Shown here piece after piece: positions 36,226-47,700 of a stretch of 64,000 nt of DNA; position 1 is the stretch's first letter, and each line of letters begins with the position of its first letter. The position numbers were made by a program, and so were the translations under genes. This stretch comes from an uncultured virus (IMG/VR IMGVR_UViG_3300017767_000001) (lineage: Duplodnaviria; Heunggongvirae; Uroviricota; Caudoviricetes). The stretch is from IMG/VR virus record IMGVR_UViG_3300017767_000001, positions 1 to 64,000 of that record; one strand, given 5' to 3'. The notes under the pieces are model-generated. The model worked only from the letters and a program-made list of their open reading frames with translations. It was not told the DNA's origin and searched no databases.

Positions 36226-36657
36226 ATGTCCGATTCACCAGTATCGCTCGCCAGTCTTATGACTGCAAGTAAAACCGTAGCTATTGATTTTCCTGGCTAT
36301 AATGGCACACAAGTCTCTCTCTGCTATCTAGCTAGAGAAGAGCTGCTAAAACTTCGAAAACGTTGTGTTACCACAAAGTTTGACAAGAAAACTCGCCAGC
36401 CAGAAGAATCTTTAGACGAAGAAAAATTTATTGTAGAATACTGTAAAGCTGTTATTAAAGGATGGTCAGGCTTAAAATATCGTTACCTAGAAGAGCTTCT
36501 TTTGGTAGATGTAGGAGACCTTGACCCCGAGGACACGCTTCCATATACACAAGACAATGCCGAGCTTTTGATGAAAAACTCAAATGTATTTGACAGTTGG
36601 GTTACGGAGGCCGTAGGAGATCTTGAAAATTTTACTGGGAACAAATCGCCCGAATAG
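36226..36657 (+). CDS. tail assembly chaperone (G)
   Basis: Between tube and tape measure genes; IKGWSGL, LM.NS..FD.WV......LENF. Confidence 0.85.
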   Translation: MSDSPVSLASLMTASKTVAIDFPGYNGTQVSLCYLAREELLKLRKRCVTTKFDKKTRQPEESLDEEKFIVEYCKAVIKGWSGLKYRYLEELLLVDVGDLDPEDTLPYTQDNAELLMKNSNVFDSWVTEAVGDLENFTGNKSPE

Positions 36658-37061
36658 AGTCTTTACTAGAAAGATTTATTCGGGAAGCAGATTCTAAACT
36701 AGATGTTGAAAAATATTTAGCTGTCTGTGAACAATTAGGGCAAGAACCTGATCCCTCCAAAATGCCGCTCAACCCTTCTGATTTTCCAGAAGAGGTTCAA
36801 GTGGCATTTTTTATGTTTAGCCTTCTCCCGGAACACTGGGAAGGAATGAGTGGAACATATATGGGAAAGTATTGGGACGGAATAGAATACTTTTTTAACT
36901 TGTATGAAGTAGACGATAGAAAAACAATACTTTATATAATGAAACTTTACGAAAGTAAACTAGTAAACTACAGAGCAGAACAAGCAGAAATAAAACGTAA
37001 AAACGAAGCACGAAAAGCAAAAAGCGGTGGAAAACATTACACCCATAATGTAAAAGGCTAA
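36627..37061 (+). CDS. tail assembly chaperone GT extension via -1 frameshift
   Basis: Slippery A AAT TTT at 36627-36633; the -1 frame is open from 36627 to TAA 37061. Confidence 0.8.
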   Translation, partial: KFYWEQIARIESLLERFIREADSKLDVEKYLAVCEQLGQEPDPSKMPLNPSDFPEEVQVAFFMFSLLPEHWEGMSGTYMGKYWDGIEYFFNLYEVDDRKTILYIMKLYESKLVNYRAEQAEIKRKNEARKAKSGGKHYTHNVKG

Positions 37062-40000
37062 TGGCGAAAAAAATTCAAATTGATATTGAAGTCAACGGCA
37101 AAATGCAGAAAGTTACAATGTCTGCAAAAAAGCTACGCAAACAGTTAGATGCAATAGATAATGCACAAACTGATGTATCTAAATCATCTCGTGATACTAG
37201 TCGAAACATGCAGGGACTAAGTAAGCGAACTTCAAATACTACAAAAGAATTTTCAAAAATGCAACAAGGAATGGGAGGCATTGTAGGTGTATATGCTACA
37301 ATTGCTGCCCAGGTCTTTGCTGTATCTGCCGCTTTTCAATTCTTAAAAGATGCAAGTGACGTATCGAATCTAATTGCTGGTCAAAAAGCTCTTGGCGCTG
37401 TAACAGGCGTAGCTTATCAAACTATAACACAATCTGTAAGAGATGCAACATTGGGGCAGCTTTCATTTGCAGAAGCATCTAGAGCTACTGCAATTGGTAT
37501 GGCTTCTGGTCTAAGTCCAACACAGCTCGAAGGATTGGCAAAAGCAGCAAAAAATGCTTCAATAACTTTGGGACGAGATCTTACAGACTCCTTTAACCGT
37601 TTGGTGCGAGGTACTACAAAAGCAGAGCCAGAACTGCTGGATGAATTAGGTATTGTTCTTAGATTGGACACTGCTTTAGGCAAATACGCAGACTCAATAG
37701 GCGTAGCTGTAAACGAGCTGTCTGCCTTCCAAAGAAGCCAAGCTGTAGCAAATGAAGTATTGTCACAGGCAGAAGATAAGTTTGGCGCCGTCGAAGAAAT
37801 ATTAGATCCTTCGGTTGCTTCCTTGAATAGATTTATAAATAGTTTTGACAATCTTATTAATACACTAAAAGTAGGTCTTATTGATAATTTAAGACCTGTT
37901 TTCGATTTTTTATCTGAGAATACTGCAGCTCTTGTAGGTGCTTTGACTCTTTTTGCATTGCCTATATTAAGAACAATACTTCCAAACTTTAAAGCATGGG
38001 AAGAGACAGCTACAAAAACATTTGATAACCAGCAAAAGGGATTAAAAGAATTAAATGATCAAATAAAATCATATGAAATTGATCTGAAAAAAGCATCAAA
38101 GACCCAACAAGATTTCGAAAGAGAAACCGCTGCAGCAGCAACAAGAGCAGTTAAAGAGTCTAAAACCAAAATGACTAGAGGCGAGCAAAGCGGTATGATG
38201 TTCCTTACTGGCCAAGGAAAACAAGACCGAGTAGCTGCTGCAAATGCAAAGAAAATTCTTGATAATGCAGAGGCACAACTCAAGTTAAGTGCGGATAAAA
38301 GAACAAGTATTTTAAGAAAGATGAATGCTCAGCAGCTTACTGACATGAGGGCTTCTTATAACTTAAGAATGGCCATCATAGAAGAGCAAAATATTGGACT
38401 ACTTACTGAAGCAGAAAAAATAGAACTGATGGAGAAGAAAAAAGAAGCAGAGACTAAAGCAAGATCTGGGCGCATGGGTAGGTTTATGACTACCGCAGCA
38501 AAAAATATTGCCAGAGGAATAAATGCTGCATTTATGGCGGCAGGTATCCTGGGTCTTATCTCAATGGTTTTTTCACTTGGACAAGAGCTTTATAATGCTC
38601 TTTTTCCTGCTTCAGAGGAAATGAAAAGATTGCAATCTGAGCTCGACTCGACAACAGATAAGTTTGAAACTTTAGCGTCTGAAATTGATCGTATGGGGGA
38701 TGCTCTGCGTTCTGACAAAGTCAATTTAATAGATAAAGTTGTAATATTAGGTAATGCTGCAAATTCTGCAGACTTAAAAGCTTTGATAGACGATTTCACA
38801 ATGCTAGAGGCTGCCAGTAAAGGTACCGATGCAAATACGGCAGCAACAACAGAAGCATTTAACTCTTTGCTAAGTGAAATATCTGAACTATCTCCTGAGT
38901 TGGGAAGATTATCAAAAGCATATGCAGAAGGAGGGGACACTCAAGAAGAGGCAGGTAAAAAACTAAAAAATTATACCGAAAAGTTAATTGAGTCAGGTCA
39001 AGCAGTAAAAACACTTCCAGCAGCAACAGAAGCGGTAACACGAGAAATCACTAAACTTGCAGAAGCTACTCAAGAGGTAACTTCAATATCTGCTCTTGGA
39101 AGAGCTACACAAGCTCAAGCAGAAAAAAGTGCAGCCATTGTAGCAGGTGCAGAAGCAGCCCTCGGGATAGAAAAAGAACTACTAACTGCAGACCGAGAAA
39201 GATTAGCTGTTTTGCAGAAAAAAGCGAAAGCAGGACAAGTAGGAAGAAGGGGCCAGCAGCAGCGTAGGGGCGCTAAAGCTGCCTCTGCGGCTTTACAGAC
39301 AGAAATTGCAGCTCTCGAAGCTGCAATTAAAAAAGATGGCAGACGTTTAGAGGCGCAACAAGCCAGGAATGACGAAATACAAGCGTTTAATACATTAATT
39401 CAAGAATCTATTGCAACTGAGAAAGAAGCATTTGATAAGGCAAATACAAAACAATTAAAATCGAATTCGTTAAGAAATGCAGGTTTAACTTTACAAGGTA
39501 AGCTAAACAATGTTACTGCAGGCGTACTGGCATCAGAAGTAAAAAGAGACAAAATACTTGCTTCACAGAGAGTAACACAAGAAGCCTTAAACCGAGCCGT
39601 AGCAGATACCGAGAACGATTTAGCACAGCAATCAATACCAAGATTACAACGACAGTTAGAGTTAGATAAACTTGCAACTTCAGAAGCAAACACTCAATTA
39701 AAAATTGAACAAGATAACGCTGCTTTACAACGAGCACTCTTGCCTATTCAAGAAAAGCAGTTTGCACTGTCTGCTGATACAGCATTAGTCAGTGCACAAC
39801 AACAAATTAATAAGCAGCTTCAAGATGAAATAAAAGCGCGATCGCAAATCTTAGATCTCGTACTAGATCAAGAAAAGAAATCTTTTGAATTAGAAGCAAG
39901 AATAAAAAAGCAAGAAAATCCCTTCTTTAACGAAGAAAGATTTTTAGCAGAAAAAAATCTTGCATTTGCACAAAAAATGGCAGTAGAAAAAGGAAAAATT

Positions 40001-41569
40001 CTTGATCAAGAAAAAAACGCACAGCTTGCTGCCATTGATCTAGAAGAAGAAATGTTAAAGATGCAACGAGAAGGAGTAGCGCTTCAGCTAGAGCTATTAG
40101 CTGCTCAAATAGAATTTGCGAATGAAAATGGTAAGTATGACGATTTGCTAGGAAGAGTAAGTGATCAAATAGGAAAAACTAGAGCATCAGCCGCAAACAT
40201 TTCACTAGATTTTAAAAGAGACTTAGTCGAAGCAAAAACTGCAGCAGAACAAACTAATTTACAAAATGCAATAACAGATGCAGAACTAACCCTAAAAGCA
40301 TTAGACCCAATACAACAAGTAATGGAAGCATCTGCGGACGCATTTAGAACCGGACTTACTGACGGCATAAATGGAGCTTTCACTGCTTTGGCAGACGGCA
40401 CAAAAACTGTTGGAGAAGCTCTTAAAGATGCAGCAAAGTCTATGTTGCAAACAATTCAAAAAGAAATTACACAGAGAATGATAGTAGATCCATTAATTGA
40501 TGGATTGCTTGGGGAAGATAAGAATGGCCCAACTGCCGTTGCAGCCGCTCATACAAATGGAGCTACAGCAATTGCAAGTGCTATTAGCACAGCCAGTTCT
40601 ACAGCTACTAGTAATCAAAAGCAGGCACTAAATACTGCGAACAATAATATGAAAACTACTTTCTCTACAGGGGCAACTCAGCTTAAAACTGCTATAATAG
40701 AAGCATTAAATAGTGGAATACATTTAAAGTGCTGCGGTGATGAGTCTACTCCGCCTCCTCCCGATCCTACTTCTATAGCAGAAAATCCAAGCCAAGCAGT
40801 AAATGAAGCTTTAGGAGGAGGTGTTGGCGCTCAAGGCCCCGGTGCTGTAACAACTGAAAGCTCTGGAGGAGGTGCTCAAATTGTAAAGGCATCTGATCCT
40901 GCAGGCCCAATGGAAGAAGTAGTTGTAAGAGCTCCTGCTATAAAAGGATTGAAAGGTTCGTTTAATAATTTTCTTGGCTCTTTTGGAGATATATTTGATA
41001 AGAATGCTGAGGGCGGATTTATGGAAAAATTAGGTATTGCATTTGAAAGCGGAGGAGGTTTATTCTCGTCTTTATTTGACTCTTTACCAAATATGTTTTC
41101 AAATATCTTTGGAGCTCTTACAGGAGGAGGAGGAGGCGGCTTCGGTGGCATGCTCGGCTCCGCAATTGGTAGTATGTTTGGCCCTATTGGGGGTGCAGTA
41201 GGAGGAGCCCTGGGCGGACTATTAGGTTTTGCAGATGGAGGATACACGAAAAAGATTAGCGGATATTCTGCAGGAGGAATAGCAAAAGGACCGCGAAGCG
41301 GATACCCTGCGATGCTGCATGGAAATGAAGCTGTAGTTCCTTTGCCTGATGGAAAAACTATACCGGTTGCTATGCAGGGCGGCGGTGGACAACAAAATAA
41401 TGTTACTGTAAATGTAAGTATTGATAATCAAGGAAATGCTCAATCTAGTACTTCAGCTAGTTCTCAAGAGGGGGCTAATGTTGGTAATCTCGTCGCAGCC
41501 GCAGTACAAAAAGAATTACAAAATCAAAAAAGATCGGGCGGAATACTTAATCCGTACGGAGTAGCATAA
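37061..41569 (+). CDS. tape measure protein
   Basis: 1502 aa, helical, Ala/Gln/Glu-rich; K.EPELLDELGI, G.EAVVPL, V..EL..QKRSGG.L. Confidence 0.92.
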   Translation: MAKKIQIDIEVNGKMQKVTMSAKKLRKQLDAIDNAQTDVSKSSRDTSRNMQGLSKRTSNTTKEFSKMQQGMGGIVGVYATIAAQVFAVSAAFQFLKDASDVSNLIAGQKALGAVTGVAYQTITQSVRDATLGQLSFAEASRATAIGMASGLSPTQLEGLAKAAKNASITLGRDLTDSFNRLVRGTTKAEPELLDELGIVLRLDTALGKYADSIGVAVNELSAFQRSQAVANEVLSQAEDKFGAVEEILDPSVASLNRFINSFDNLINTLKVGLIDNLRPVFDFLSENTAALVGALTLFALPILRTILPNFKAWEETATKTFDNQQKGLKELNDQIKSYEIDLKKASKTQQDFERETAAAATRAVKESKTKMTRGEQSGMMFLTGQGKQDRVAAANAKKILDNAEAQLKLSADKRTSILRKMNAQQLTDMRASYNLRMAIIEEQNIGLLTEAEKIELMEKKKEAETKARSGRMGRFMTTAAKNIARGINAAFMAAGILGLISMVFSLGQELYNALFPASEEMKRLQSELDSTTDKFETLASEIDRMGDALRSDKVNLIDKVVILGNAANSADLKALIDDFTMLEAASKGTDANTAATTEAFNSLLSEISELSPELGRLSKAYAEGGDTQEEAGKKLKNYTEKLIESGQAVKTLPAATEAVTREITKLAEATQEVTSISALGRATQAQAEKSAAIVAGAEAALGIEKELLTADRERLAVLQKKAKAGQVGRRGQQQRRGAKAASAALQTEIAALEAAIKKDGRRLEAQQARNDEIQAFNTLIQESIATEKEAFDKANTKQLKSNSLRNAGLTLQGKLNNVTAGVLASEVKRDKILASQRVTQEALNRAVADTENDLAQQSIPRLQRQLELDKLATSEANTQLKIEQDNAALQRALLPIQEKQFALSADTALVSAQQQINKQLQDEIKARSQILDLVLDQEKKSFELEARIKKQENPFFNEERFLAEKNLAFAQKMAVEKGKILDQEKNAQLAAIDLEEEMLKMQREGVALQLELLAAQIEFANENGKYDDLLGRVSDQIGKTRASAANISLDFKRDLVEAKTAAEQTNLQNAITDAELTLKALDPIQQVMEASADAFRTGLTDGINGAFTALADGTKTVGEALKDAAKSMLQTIQKEITQRMIVDPLIDGLLGEDKNGPTAVAAAHTNGATAIASAISTASSTATSNQKQALNTANNNMKTTFSTGATQLKTAIIEALNSGIHLKCCGDESTPPPPDPTSIAENPSQAVNEALGGGVGAQGPGAVTTESSGGGAQIVKASDPAGPMEEVVVRAPAIKGLKGSFNNFLGSFGDIFDKNAEGGFMEKLGIAFESGGGLFSSLFDSLPNMFSNIFGALTGGGGGGFGGMLGSAIGSMFGPIGGAVGGALGGLLGFADGGYTKKISGYSAGGIAKGPRSGYPAMLHGNEAVVPLPDGKTIPVAMQGGGGQQNNVTVNVSIDNQGNAQSSTSASSQEGANVGNLVAAAVQKELQNQKRSGGILNPYGVA

Positions 41570-42060
41570 TGTCAAGAGCATTTGGATTTAACATAGATAA
41601 GCCTCAAGGAACTGTAGGGATTCCAGGAAGACTTCTTACAGACTTGACAGCAAAATACCCTCAGCTGGATACGAGTACCCCGGATTCCGAAGGGTATCAT
41701 ACTATACTGGAAAAGCTATATCCCAGCGGTATCTCTAGTCGAGAAATAACTTTTGACAGAGGATTTTCAAGAGAATCAACTCATAGAGTTCTTACTGCAA
41801 GTTTTGGAGATGGCTATCAGCAAAGAGTTAGAGACGGTATAAACACAAAAGTTGATAAGTTTAGCGTAACTTTATCAAATAGAATTTGGCAAGAAATTGC
41901 ATTAATTTCTTCATTTTTTGATGTAATTCATCCTCAAAGCTTTCAAATAAATATGGAAAGAGAAAACTTTAAAGTTGTACTTGACACCTATTCTGTAATG
42001 GTTGGCCACGATGATGTACAGTCAATTAGTGCAGACCTCTCAAGAGTATATGAAGCATGA
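41569..42060 (+). CDS. distal tail protein (lambda gpM-like)
   Basis: FGDGYQQR..DGIN motif. Confidence 0.8.
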   Translation: MSRAFGFNIDKPQGTVGIPGRLLTDLTAKYPQLDTSTPDSEGYHTILEKLYPSGISSREITFDRGFSRESTHRVLTASFGDGYQQRVRDGINTKVDKFSVTLSNRIWQEIALISSFFDVIHPQSFQINMERENFKVVLDTYSVMVGHDDVQSISADLSRVYEA

Positions 42061-43280
42061 GCCAGAATATAATTGCAAAAGAAGCACAAGCATTACAACT
42101 TGCCTCTGACGAGGCTATTGTAAGTTTATTTGAGTTTTCTGGATTTGGTACTGTTTTATATTTTCATGCAGAAAATACGCATGAAGATATTTATTGGAAT
42201 ACTAATGCATATGAAGCTTTTCCTATGATCGTAGAGGGCATTGAAAAACACGCAGATGGAGCCTCTGCTAGGCCCACATTAATAATGCCAAATGTTGAAA
42301 GTTTATTTAAGTCAGGTTCAAAATTTGATACAGATGGAGTAGCAAATCAAAATTCTTTTCTCGCAGAAGATTTATTAGGTAAAAGAATAACAATTAGAAA
42401 AACACTTTCTAAATATGTTAGCCAAGGAACAAATACGAATCAAAGTCCTTTTGAATTTCCAAAAGCCGAATATGTAATTGATAGAATTGCACAAAAGACT
42501 GCGCTTTCTTTGACATTAGAACTAGCAAGCCCATTTGAATTAGTAAATGTTAAAGTTCCTAGTAGAGTTGTAACTGGAAAATATTGCCCTTGGGTGTATA
42601 AAGGATGGACTCTTGGGAATACTGATGTAAGAAGTGCATGCCACTGGAGTACGAAAGTAAGTGGATTAGATGTAAATGGGAATGAAGTAACAGATATACA
42701 CTTATTTTTTACAATAGACGACGAACCTTTGGTGCATGAAAATGTAATATCTTCTACAAATTTGTCTGCTTGGAATGCAAACACCACATACTCACTAGAT
42801 TCAGTTATTACTCATGATAATCTTAAATGGCAGTCTTTTTCTGATGACAATGTAGGTAATACGCCGAGTGACAACAGCGCTCACTGGAGAGTTGTAAGAA
42901 CATATAGAACGTATAATGTTGCAACTCCTTATGAGACAAATTCTACAGATGGAAGAAAAAGTGATTATGCAGTAGAATTAATAAATAATAATGTTCCTGT
43001 TGTTTTTCGATGTGTAAGAGATCACACTAATAAACAACCTTCACAAAATCCCGGGTTCTGGGTACAAGCAGATGTTTGTGGAAAGCTATTGTCTTCTTGT
43101 AAAGCTCGTTACCAAGCTACAAATATTTCTAGTGGAGGAGGTAACAACGGAGCTAGTATTCTAGCGTTTACTACTATAGGAACGAGCCCAGGTATAAAAC
43201 ACGGAATGGCTACAGCAAAATTTAATACAGCAATAACTTTACCTTTTGGAGGGTTCCCTGGAACTCGAAGCTTTAGATGA
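42057..43280 (+). CDS. tail tip protein L-like with inserted carbohydrate-binding-like modules
   Basis: RPTL...N, FELASPF-like, P.R.....CPW.Y, D.CGK.LSSC..R, LPFGGFPG. Confidence 0.85.
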   Translation: MSQNIIAKEAQALQLASDEAIVSLFEFSGFGTVLYFHAENTHEDIYWNTNAYEAFPMIVEGIEKHADGASARPTLIMPNVESLFKSGSKFDTDGVANQNSFLAEDLLGKRITIRKTLSKYVSQGTNTNQSPFEFPKAEYVIDRIAQKTALSLTLELASPFELVNVKVPSRVVTGKYCPWVYKGWTLGNTDVRSACHWSTKVSGLDVNGNEVTDIHLFFTIDDEPLVHENVISSTNLSAWNANTTYSLDSVITHDNLKWQSFSDDNVGNTPSDNSAHWRVVRTYRTYNVATPYETNSTDGRKSDYAVELINNNVPVVFRCVRDHTNKQPSQNPGFWVQADVCGKLLSSCKARYQATNISSGGGNNGASILAFTTIGTSPGIKHGMATAKFNTAITLPFGGFPGTRSFR

Positions 43281-43981
43281 TTCAAGACTTTATACATGAA
43301 ATAGAATCTCATTTTTTTAGAGAATACCCAAAAGAAGCTTGTGGAGTTTTAGCAGTACAAAAAGGAAAAGCTAAATGGATTCCTTGTACAAATATAGCTG
43401 AAGACGATGATGATTTTTTATTTGACTCAAAAGAGTATCTTAAAATTTCTTTAACTTCCGATATTATAGGAATTGTACATAATCACCCAGATGCGAGTCC
43501 AGAGCCAAGTGATTTTGATATTAAAAACTGCAATGCGCTAGGAGTACCTTACTATATATTTTCTTACCCAGAAATGGATCTTAATGTTCTTACCCCCGAA
43601 AAGAATGTAACAGAGCTATATGGTAGGGAGTATTCTTTTGGAGTTGCAGATTGTTTTGAAGCAATGAGGGATTATTTAAAAACACAAAATATAGAAATTC
43701 CTGCTAGAATTCCTTTTGAAGATAATTGGTTTAATAAAGATTTAGATTACTTTTGTCCTGATGTAATAAAAGAATGGGGAGGACAAGAAATTTCTTTAGA
43801 CGAACTACAAAAAAATGATGTTCTTACGTTCTGTGTGCAATCAAATGTTGCAAATCATTGCGGAGTATATTTAGGGGCAGAATCTTTTTATCACCATGCA
43901 GTAGGACGACTCTCCTGCAGAGAAAATTTATATCCTTTCTGGATAAAGTATATAGACAGAGCATATAGATATGTTGCGTAA
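43277..43981 (+). CDS. tail assembly protein K-like (JAB + NlpC/P60)
   Basis: P.EACG, IVHNHP...PS..D, GREY.FG..DC, NHCGVYLG...HH. Confidence 0.9.
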   Translation: MIQDFIHEIESHFFREYPKEACGVLAVQKGKAKWIPCTNIAEDDDDFLFDSKEYLKISLTSDIIGIVHNHPDASPEPSDFDIKNCNALGVPYYIFSYPEMDLNVLTPEKNVTELYGREYSFGVADCFEAMRDYLKTQNIEIPARIPFEDNWFNKDLDYFCPDVIKEWGGQEISLDELQKNDVLTFCVQSNVANHCGVYLGAESFYHHAVGRLSCRENLYPFWIKYIDRAYRYVA

Positions 43982-44729
43982 CGCTTACTTACACGGAGAA
44001 CTCGGGGATAAGTTTGTACCTCACTTTGAAATTGACTGTGATACTCCTGCGGACGTATTCAAGTGCTTAAAAGCAAATTATCCTGATTTTACAGACTACT
44101 TTATGCAAAAAGCAGATGAAGGTGTAGGATACCATATAGAAGTAGCAGGAGTAGAGCTAGAGTACGCTGAAGAATTATTGATGGATATAAAAGAAGGAGA
44201 TATAATTATAACTCCTGTCCCAGCAGGCTCTAAAGGTGTAGGAAAAATTTTAGCCGCTATTGCTATTGTAGCTATTGCTATTTATGCTCCTTATTTATAC
44301 TATGGAGGTACTGCAGGGCTTAGTGCAGCAATCTCTGCAACAGCAGCAGGAAATTTTGCAGCTGTAGCAAGTTTGGGCATGGCATTAGGTGGCACTTATA
44401 CAATGATGGCAATTGGTTTTGCAGCTAATCTAGCAATAGCGGGTGTACAAGAAATGATGGCACCAGACCCCTCTGTAGATACACAATCAAACGATGAAGC
44501 CTACCTTTTTAATGGGGCACAACAAAATATTCAATCTGGAGATCCTGTCCCAGTGCTTTATGGTAGACTAAAAGTACCCGGACAGCCAATAAGTTTTGAA
44601 ATAATTGGAGAGTCAGCGACTCAAGGATACGGAATAATGGGAGCGGACGGAGAAAGTGTCGGTGGCGCTACATATAGCGTTCTAAAAACTTCTAAAGACT
44701 TTAATTTTGTAAGATTTTCGGAGACATAA
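43971..44729 (+). CDS. tail assembly protein I-like
   Basis: L.G.LG..F, I.PV.AGS, YLFNG..N...G.PVPVLYG. Confidence 0.85.
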   Translation: MLRNAYLHGELGDKFVPHFEIDCDTPADVFKCLKANYPDFTDYFMQKADEGVGYHIEVAGVELEYAEELLMDIKEGDIIITPVPAGSKGVGKILAAIAIVAIAIYAPYLYYGGTAGLSAAISATAAGNFAAVASLGMALGGTYTMMAIGFAANLAIAGVQEMMAPDPSVDTQSNDEAYLFNGAQQNIQSGDPVPVLYGRLKVPGQPISFEIIGESATQGYGIMGADGESVGGATYSVLKTSKDFNFVRFSET

Positions 44730-44730
44730 A

Positions 44731-47700
44731 ATGGTAATGCCTTCAATAGATTGGAAGGGCCCTAACTGGGTAGCTCAAGGTAGTATAGAAGGAGCTTCCA
44801 GTACTGAGCAAGTAATTGGTATTACGGATATAATTTCAGAAGGGCCCATTGCAGGACTTGCAAAGGGAGGGGGGAGTATTTACTTAAATAATGACTCTCT
44901 ATTTACTGATGAAGAAACTGTATTTGCGTCAACCGTAGGACTTACCGCTAGTTCTGACCATGCTTCTGGATCTGGGCCTAATATAGTTATAAATGATTTT
45001 GAGAAACAAAGTTTTAACTGGAGCCCTTCGCAAGACGAGTTAAATACTTTAACAAGATTTATTTGCATTCATAATTTTCGAGAGTTTGGTGATGGAGTCA
45101 CCGGAGTCGGGGCCACAAATAGCACATTTAGTATTAACTCAAGCAGTGCTGCTGTAGGAGGCCACCAAGCATGGCAGCAACCTGCAGGATTTAATATAAT
45201 AATTGACGGGGATTTTTCTTTATTTCCTGACGGAGCTATAGTAGACAAACATCATTTTACATTACAAAATATTCAGAATAATGATGGTCTTGTAACAATT
45301 AAAGATCCTTCTTCAGACAGAAAATTAACTGGATATGCTACTAATATTAATGGTAATAAAGATCAATTAACTGTTAAAGTATTGCTTCCAAATTTAGACA
45401 ACCATCAATGGCTTAACGAAACAGATGCAAATGGAAACAATAAAATAATAATAAGTCTTTCTGTTTTTGTTAAAATTAGTTCAATTAATGGGAATGAGAT
45501 TACTTTAACAGGACAAATTGGAATTTTTGAAAAATGTCGATTTAGTTTTACTAAGCCTCAGTATAAAGATGGTTCCTCTGCAAATTCTTATAATCGTAAA
45601 GTACGATCCTCTACCTTTCAATTTGTTCCCGGAACAAAAGACCAACAGCCTTTAAAAACTCTAGCGGATAGCCCGGGGTCAAGTACTGTAGCGCTTCCAG
45701 GACTGCCATCGCTAGAACTAGGAGTAGTGCAAACTATAACACATACCGGAGCTCAAGCGGGAGAAATCGACGAAATACAGCTTCTCTTTAGGTATAATAG
45801 CGGATTATACACAATAAATACTGAAAGCGGAGATAAAGAAAATGCAGGCGCAGGATATGTAATTAAACTAGAAACTCAGGGCTCTGTTAATGCTCAGGGG
45901 GTTATTTCTTGGGACGATCAAGGATTCCTTGATGGCAATATGACAATGACCACAGGAGAGTATAGTTTAGCAAATCAATTAATAAATGGGTATGATGGGG
46001 TTAGCGGAGGAGACTCAGGCTCTCCTGTGACTTTAGGAGGGCCTGAAAATTCAAGTTCAGGAGTAAAATTTGATGGCCCATCAGGACCAAATACAAATTT
46101 GTTACTAGAAGGTACTCCTATTTTTGGACATGGAGGAAAACATGTTGGCCCTGTAAGTTTTACACATACAATAAATTTAGAGCCCTTTCAGCCTTTTAGC
46201 GGTTTTAGACTAAAAGTTTGCAGAATTACAGCGAGTCAAAATACTACAGACGATGCTTTTGGTCGTGCACATACTTGGGGAAATCGAGACTCAAGAACAA
46301 AGCTAGGATATAGAGGCTCAGACGTAGATAAGTGGCAGGCTATTCAAGCAGGTGGAATTAGTGGTGCTTTTGGAATCATAAAAGAAAAACTTAATTTTCC
46401 TTATACGGCTTTAGCAAATGTAACTTTTAGTAGCAGACAGTTTGATAGTGTTCCTACTCGAATGTATGACTGTTTTGGCATGCTCGTAAAAGTGCCGTCA
46501 AATTATACCACACGAGAAGAAACTGGATTGGTAGTAACTCCTGCTCCAGGAACTTTAGAAAAAGTTGGAAGTCTACCTTCGCCTCATAGATTATATAGCG
46601 GACTTTTTACAGGTCAATTTCGAGAAGAAAAAGTATGGACAGATAATCCTGCATGGATTTTTTACGATATTCTTACAAACAATAGATATGGAGTTGGAGA
46701 ATTTGTACAAACTTCAGATATTGATATTTATTCTTTATATAAGATTGCACGGTATTGTGATGAGCTTGTTTCTGACGGAAAAGGAGGAGTAGAGCCTCGG
46801 TTTAGGGCAAACTTATATATTCAAAAAGCTACCGATGTTTACAAAGTACTAAAAGATATGGCTACCATTTTTAGAGGTATGCTTTATTGGATGGATGGCC
46901 AACTTACTCCTGTAATTGACGAAGCAAAAGCTCCTACATATACTTTTAATAGATCCAATGTAGTAGATGGAGCTTTTAGCTATGAGCAAACAGGTACTAA
47001 AACAAGAACAAATCAAGTTGTAGTTCAATGGAATAATCCGGAGAACGACTATAAATTAGAACCTCTATTTGTAGAAGATAGAGAAAATATCATCAAAACA
47101 GGACAAATTGTAAAATCAGAATCTGTAGCATTTGGCTGTACCTCAGAAGGACAAGCTATTCGCTATGGGAGGTGGAAACTATGGACTGCACTCAATCAAA
47201 CAGAAATAGTTTCTTTTAAAAGCGCATTAAATGCAGCTTTTATTGCTCCTGGCGATATTGTAAATATTCAAGATAATCATGACTATGGCTTTGCTTTTGG
47301 AGGCAGAATTTCTAATGCAAGTTATTCTTCCGGAAATACCACTATAACTCTTGATCGAGATATTTCTGTAGATCCAGAGTCGGGAAGCCATACAAATATA
47401 GGAAGTGCAGGGACTTATACTCTTGCACTTTTGGTAGCAGAAAGAAAAGTTGTTGCAGCAAAAGACTGTAAAATTTGGGATAGTAGTACTACTCCAGCAG
47501 CATATAAAAATTTCAAGAAAGGAGACGTTGTAACTAAATGGTGGAATGGCACTACTCAAATAGAAGTCGATCAACCTAGTGGTTGGAGCAATGATCAATT
47601 TGAACAGTATACAGCAGATTCTTGGACTGCTCCGACTAATGTACCTGCTGGCGAAGACGAGCCAGTTCCTTTACATTTAGAATACGCAGACGCACATAGA

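Noticed and set aside
37075..41443. Multiple antisense ORFs within the tape measure gene
   Set aside because: Expected shadows of biased codon usage in a long ORF.
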